A stretch of DNA of 64,000 bases, from NCBI RefSeq assembly GCF_041956535.1, contig NW_027192219.1, forward strand, positions 293,522-357,521, read 5' to 3'. Within the stretch, counting starts at the first letter, position 1; the number at the start of each line of letters is the position of its first letter. The notes beneath the pieces were generated by a model, which did not search any database, was not told where the DNA came from, and was given only the letters and a program-made list of their open reading frames with translations. Made by a program: the position numbers and the translations under genes. This document shows positions 62,959-64,000 of this stretch, piece by piece. This stretch comes from Calcarisporiella thermophila CBS 279.70 (Eukaryota > Fungi > Calcarisporiellomycota).

Positions 62959-64000
62959 TATTGAAAAAGTAGAGTAGCGTTTGTGATGAAGACAAAGATA
63001 ATTATCGGAAAGTACCAAGCGTTTGCGGAGGTAAAGGTATAAAACTAGAAAAACATGATGATGTTTTTTGTGAAGAATTTGAGGGCCTTTTATACTGTGG
63101 TGATTGCAAATGCAATATACTAAAAATAGCGTTTTCCTGAAACCCGGAGTAAAATTATTTTTAACAGTCTCAAAAAGAGATGCCAGTGTGGGTGGGCGTA
63201 AACGAGTAGGAACCAGGTTTGCGCTGCGGTGTTGGATTGTATTAAAATCATGCGAAAAATCGAGGCTTGTGTGACTGAGTTTCATAAATAATCATTAAAA
63301 ATAAATCCACCCTGTAATTAGCCGTTGCCCAATCAGGGCGGCCCGTCGGTTCTGGAAACCAAGTACTTCAATTGGGTGTTCTCGCTCTGCCTAATCCCTG
63401 CAGAGCTCTCATGCGTGAGAATTTTGCCGTTAAGTCCACATCACTTCCGCTATTTTTAGGCATTCTTGTCACTCCTGAACTGGGGAAACTGACATGAGCA
63501 GGATGAAAATAGCCCTTAACCTTATGCGACTTTCTATGACGGACATTTGTGCAGCATCTTCCATCCTGGGTTGGTCGCATGGCCTCCTTGGCACTATGCA
63601 AAGCAAACTTGCCCGCGTGCTTTGGAGAGACTACAGCGAGCTCTGATCCATGCTTTCTATCGCTTCACCGAGTTAAGACCAGGAGAGCGCAAGTGTCTTC
63701 TTAGCACCTCTCTTGATGCGCTTTACAATGTTGGCTGCACATTTTCTATATAGAGTATCGTTTTGACTTTTCTAATGAATACTGTGATACCAAAATGACC
63801 TCTATTGGCACGTTAATGAGGCGCTTGGACCTCCTCTCTTTCGACCAATCATCAAAGTAGTAAATGGATATGCACTACGTCATCAGCATCGGCCTTAATT
63901 CCTGAACTTAATGTTGCATTCCCACCTCCAAGCGGGTCGGTCTATACTTGTAATTTTAGCCTTATGAGATTACTATTGCTTAGAGGATCTATTTGGTTTA

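Noticed and set aside
62959-63285. N-terminal extension of the 214-aa ORF 62641-63285
   Set aside because: It is AT-rich promoter-like sequence containing a TATA box; the signal peptide starts at ATG 62958.
1-64000. tRNA, rRNA or CRISPR arrays
   Set aside because: No cloverleaf, rRNA-like sequence or regularly spaced direct repeats were recognised; small ncRNAs cannot be excluded without covariance-model searches.

Overview
Eukaryotic, intron-containing fungal genomic DNA (short GT-AG introns, CTAAC/CTGAC branch points, GC-rich exons). The gene style suggests an early-diverging fungus such as Mucoromycota, but that is an inference. The core holds ordinary genes: a RAN1/Ksp1-like kinase, a C2H2 transcription factor, an ANKRD13 homologue, UTP20, Raptor/KOG1, a DJ-1/Hsp31 protein and a TM-SH3 protein. 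The two ends are the most interesting parts. LEFT (2.3-6.1 kb, beside a dead Tc1 transposon): a compact three-gene cluster made of an intronless, bacterial-type COG3964/EF_0837-family deacetylase, a divergently transcribed DSD1/D-threonine-aldolase-family PLP enzyme, and a RidA enamine deaminase. The shared promoter is dense in GATA motifs. Together these look like a catabolic pathway for an N-acyl-D-amino acid or N-acetyl-D-glucosaminate. RIGHT (58.3-61.5 kb): a virus-like PrimPol-type AEP primase / Zn-finger / D5-like SF3 helicase gene. It can be rebuilt as a single reading frame using two spliceosomal introns and is broken by three in-frame TAA codons. Other items of note: an SOS-like histone-fold protein, a membrane-anchored DUF4359-like/alpha-SNAP fusion, several small secreted proteins (His-rich, Cys-rich, basic), a 55-aa membrane microprotein missed by the ORF track, a fungal TF gene with one premature stop, and a probable homopolymer frameshift in the kinase. 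All family assignments come from motif recognition by eye; no database searches were run.
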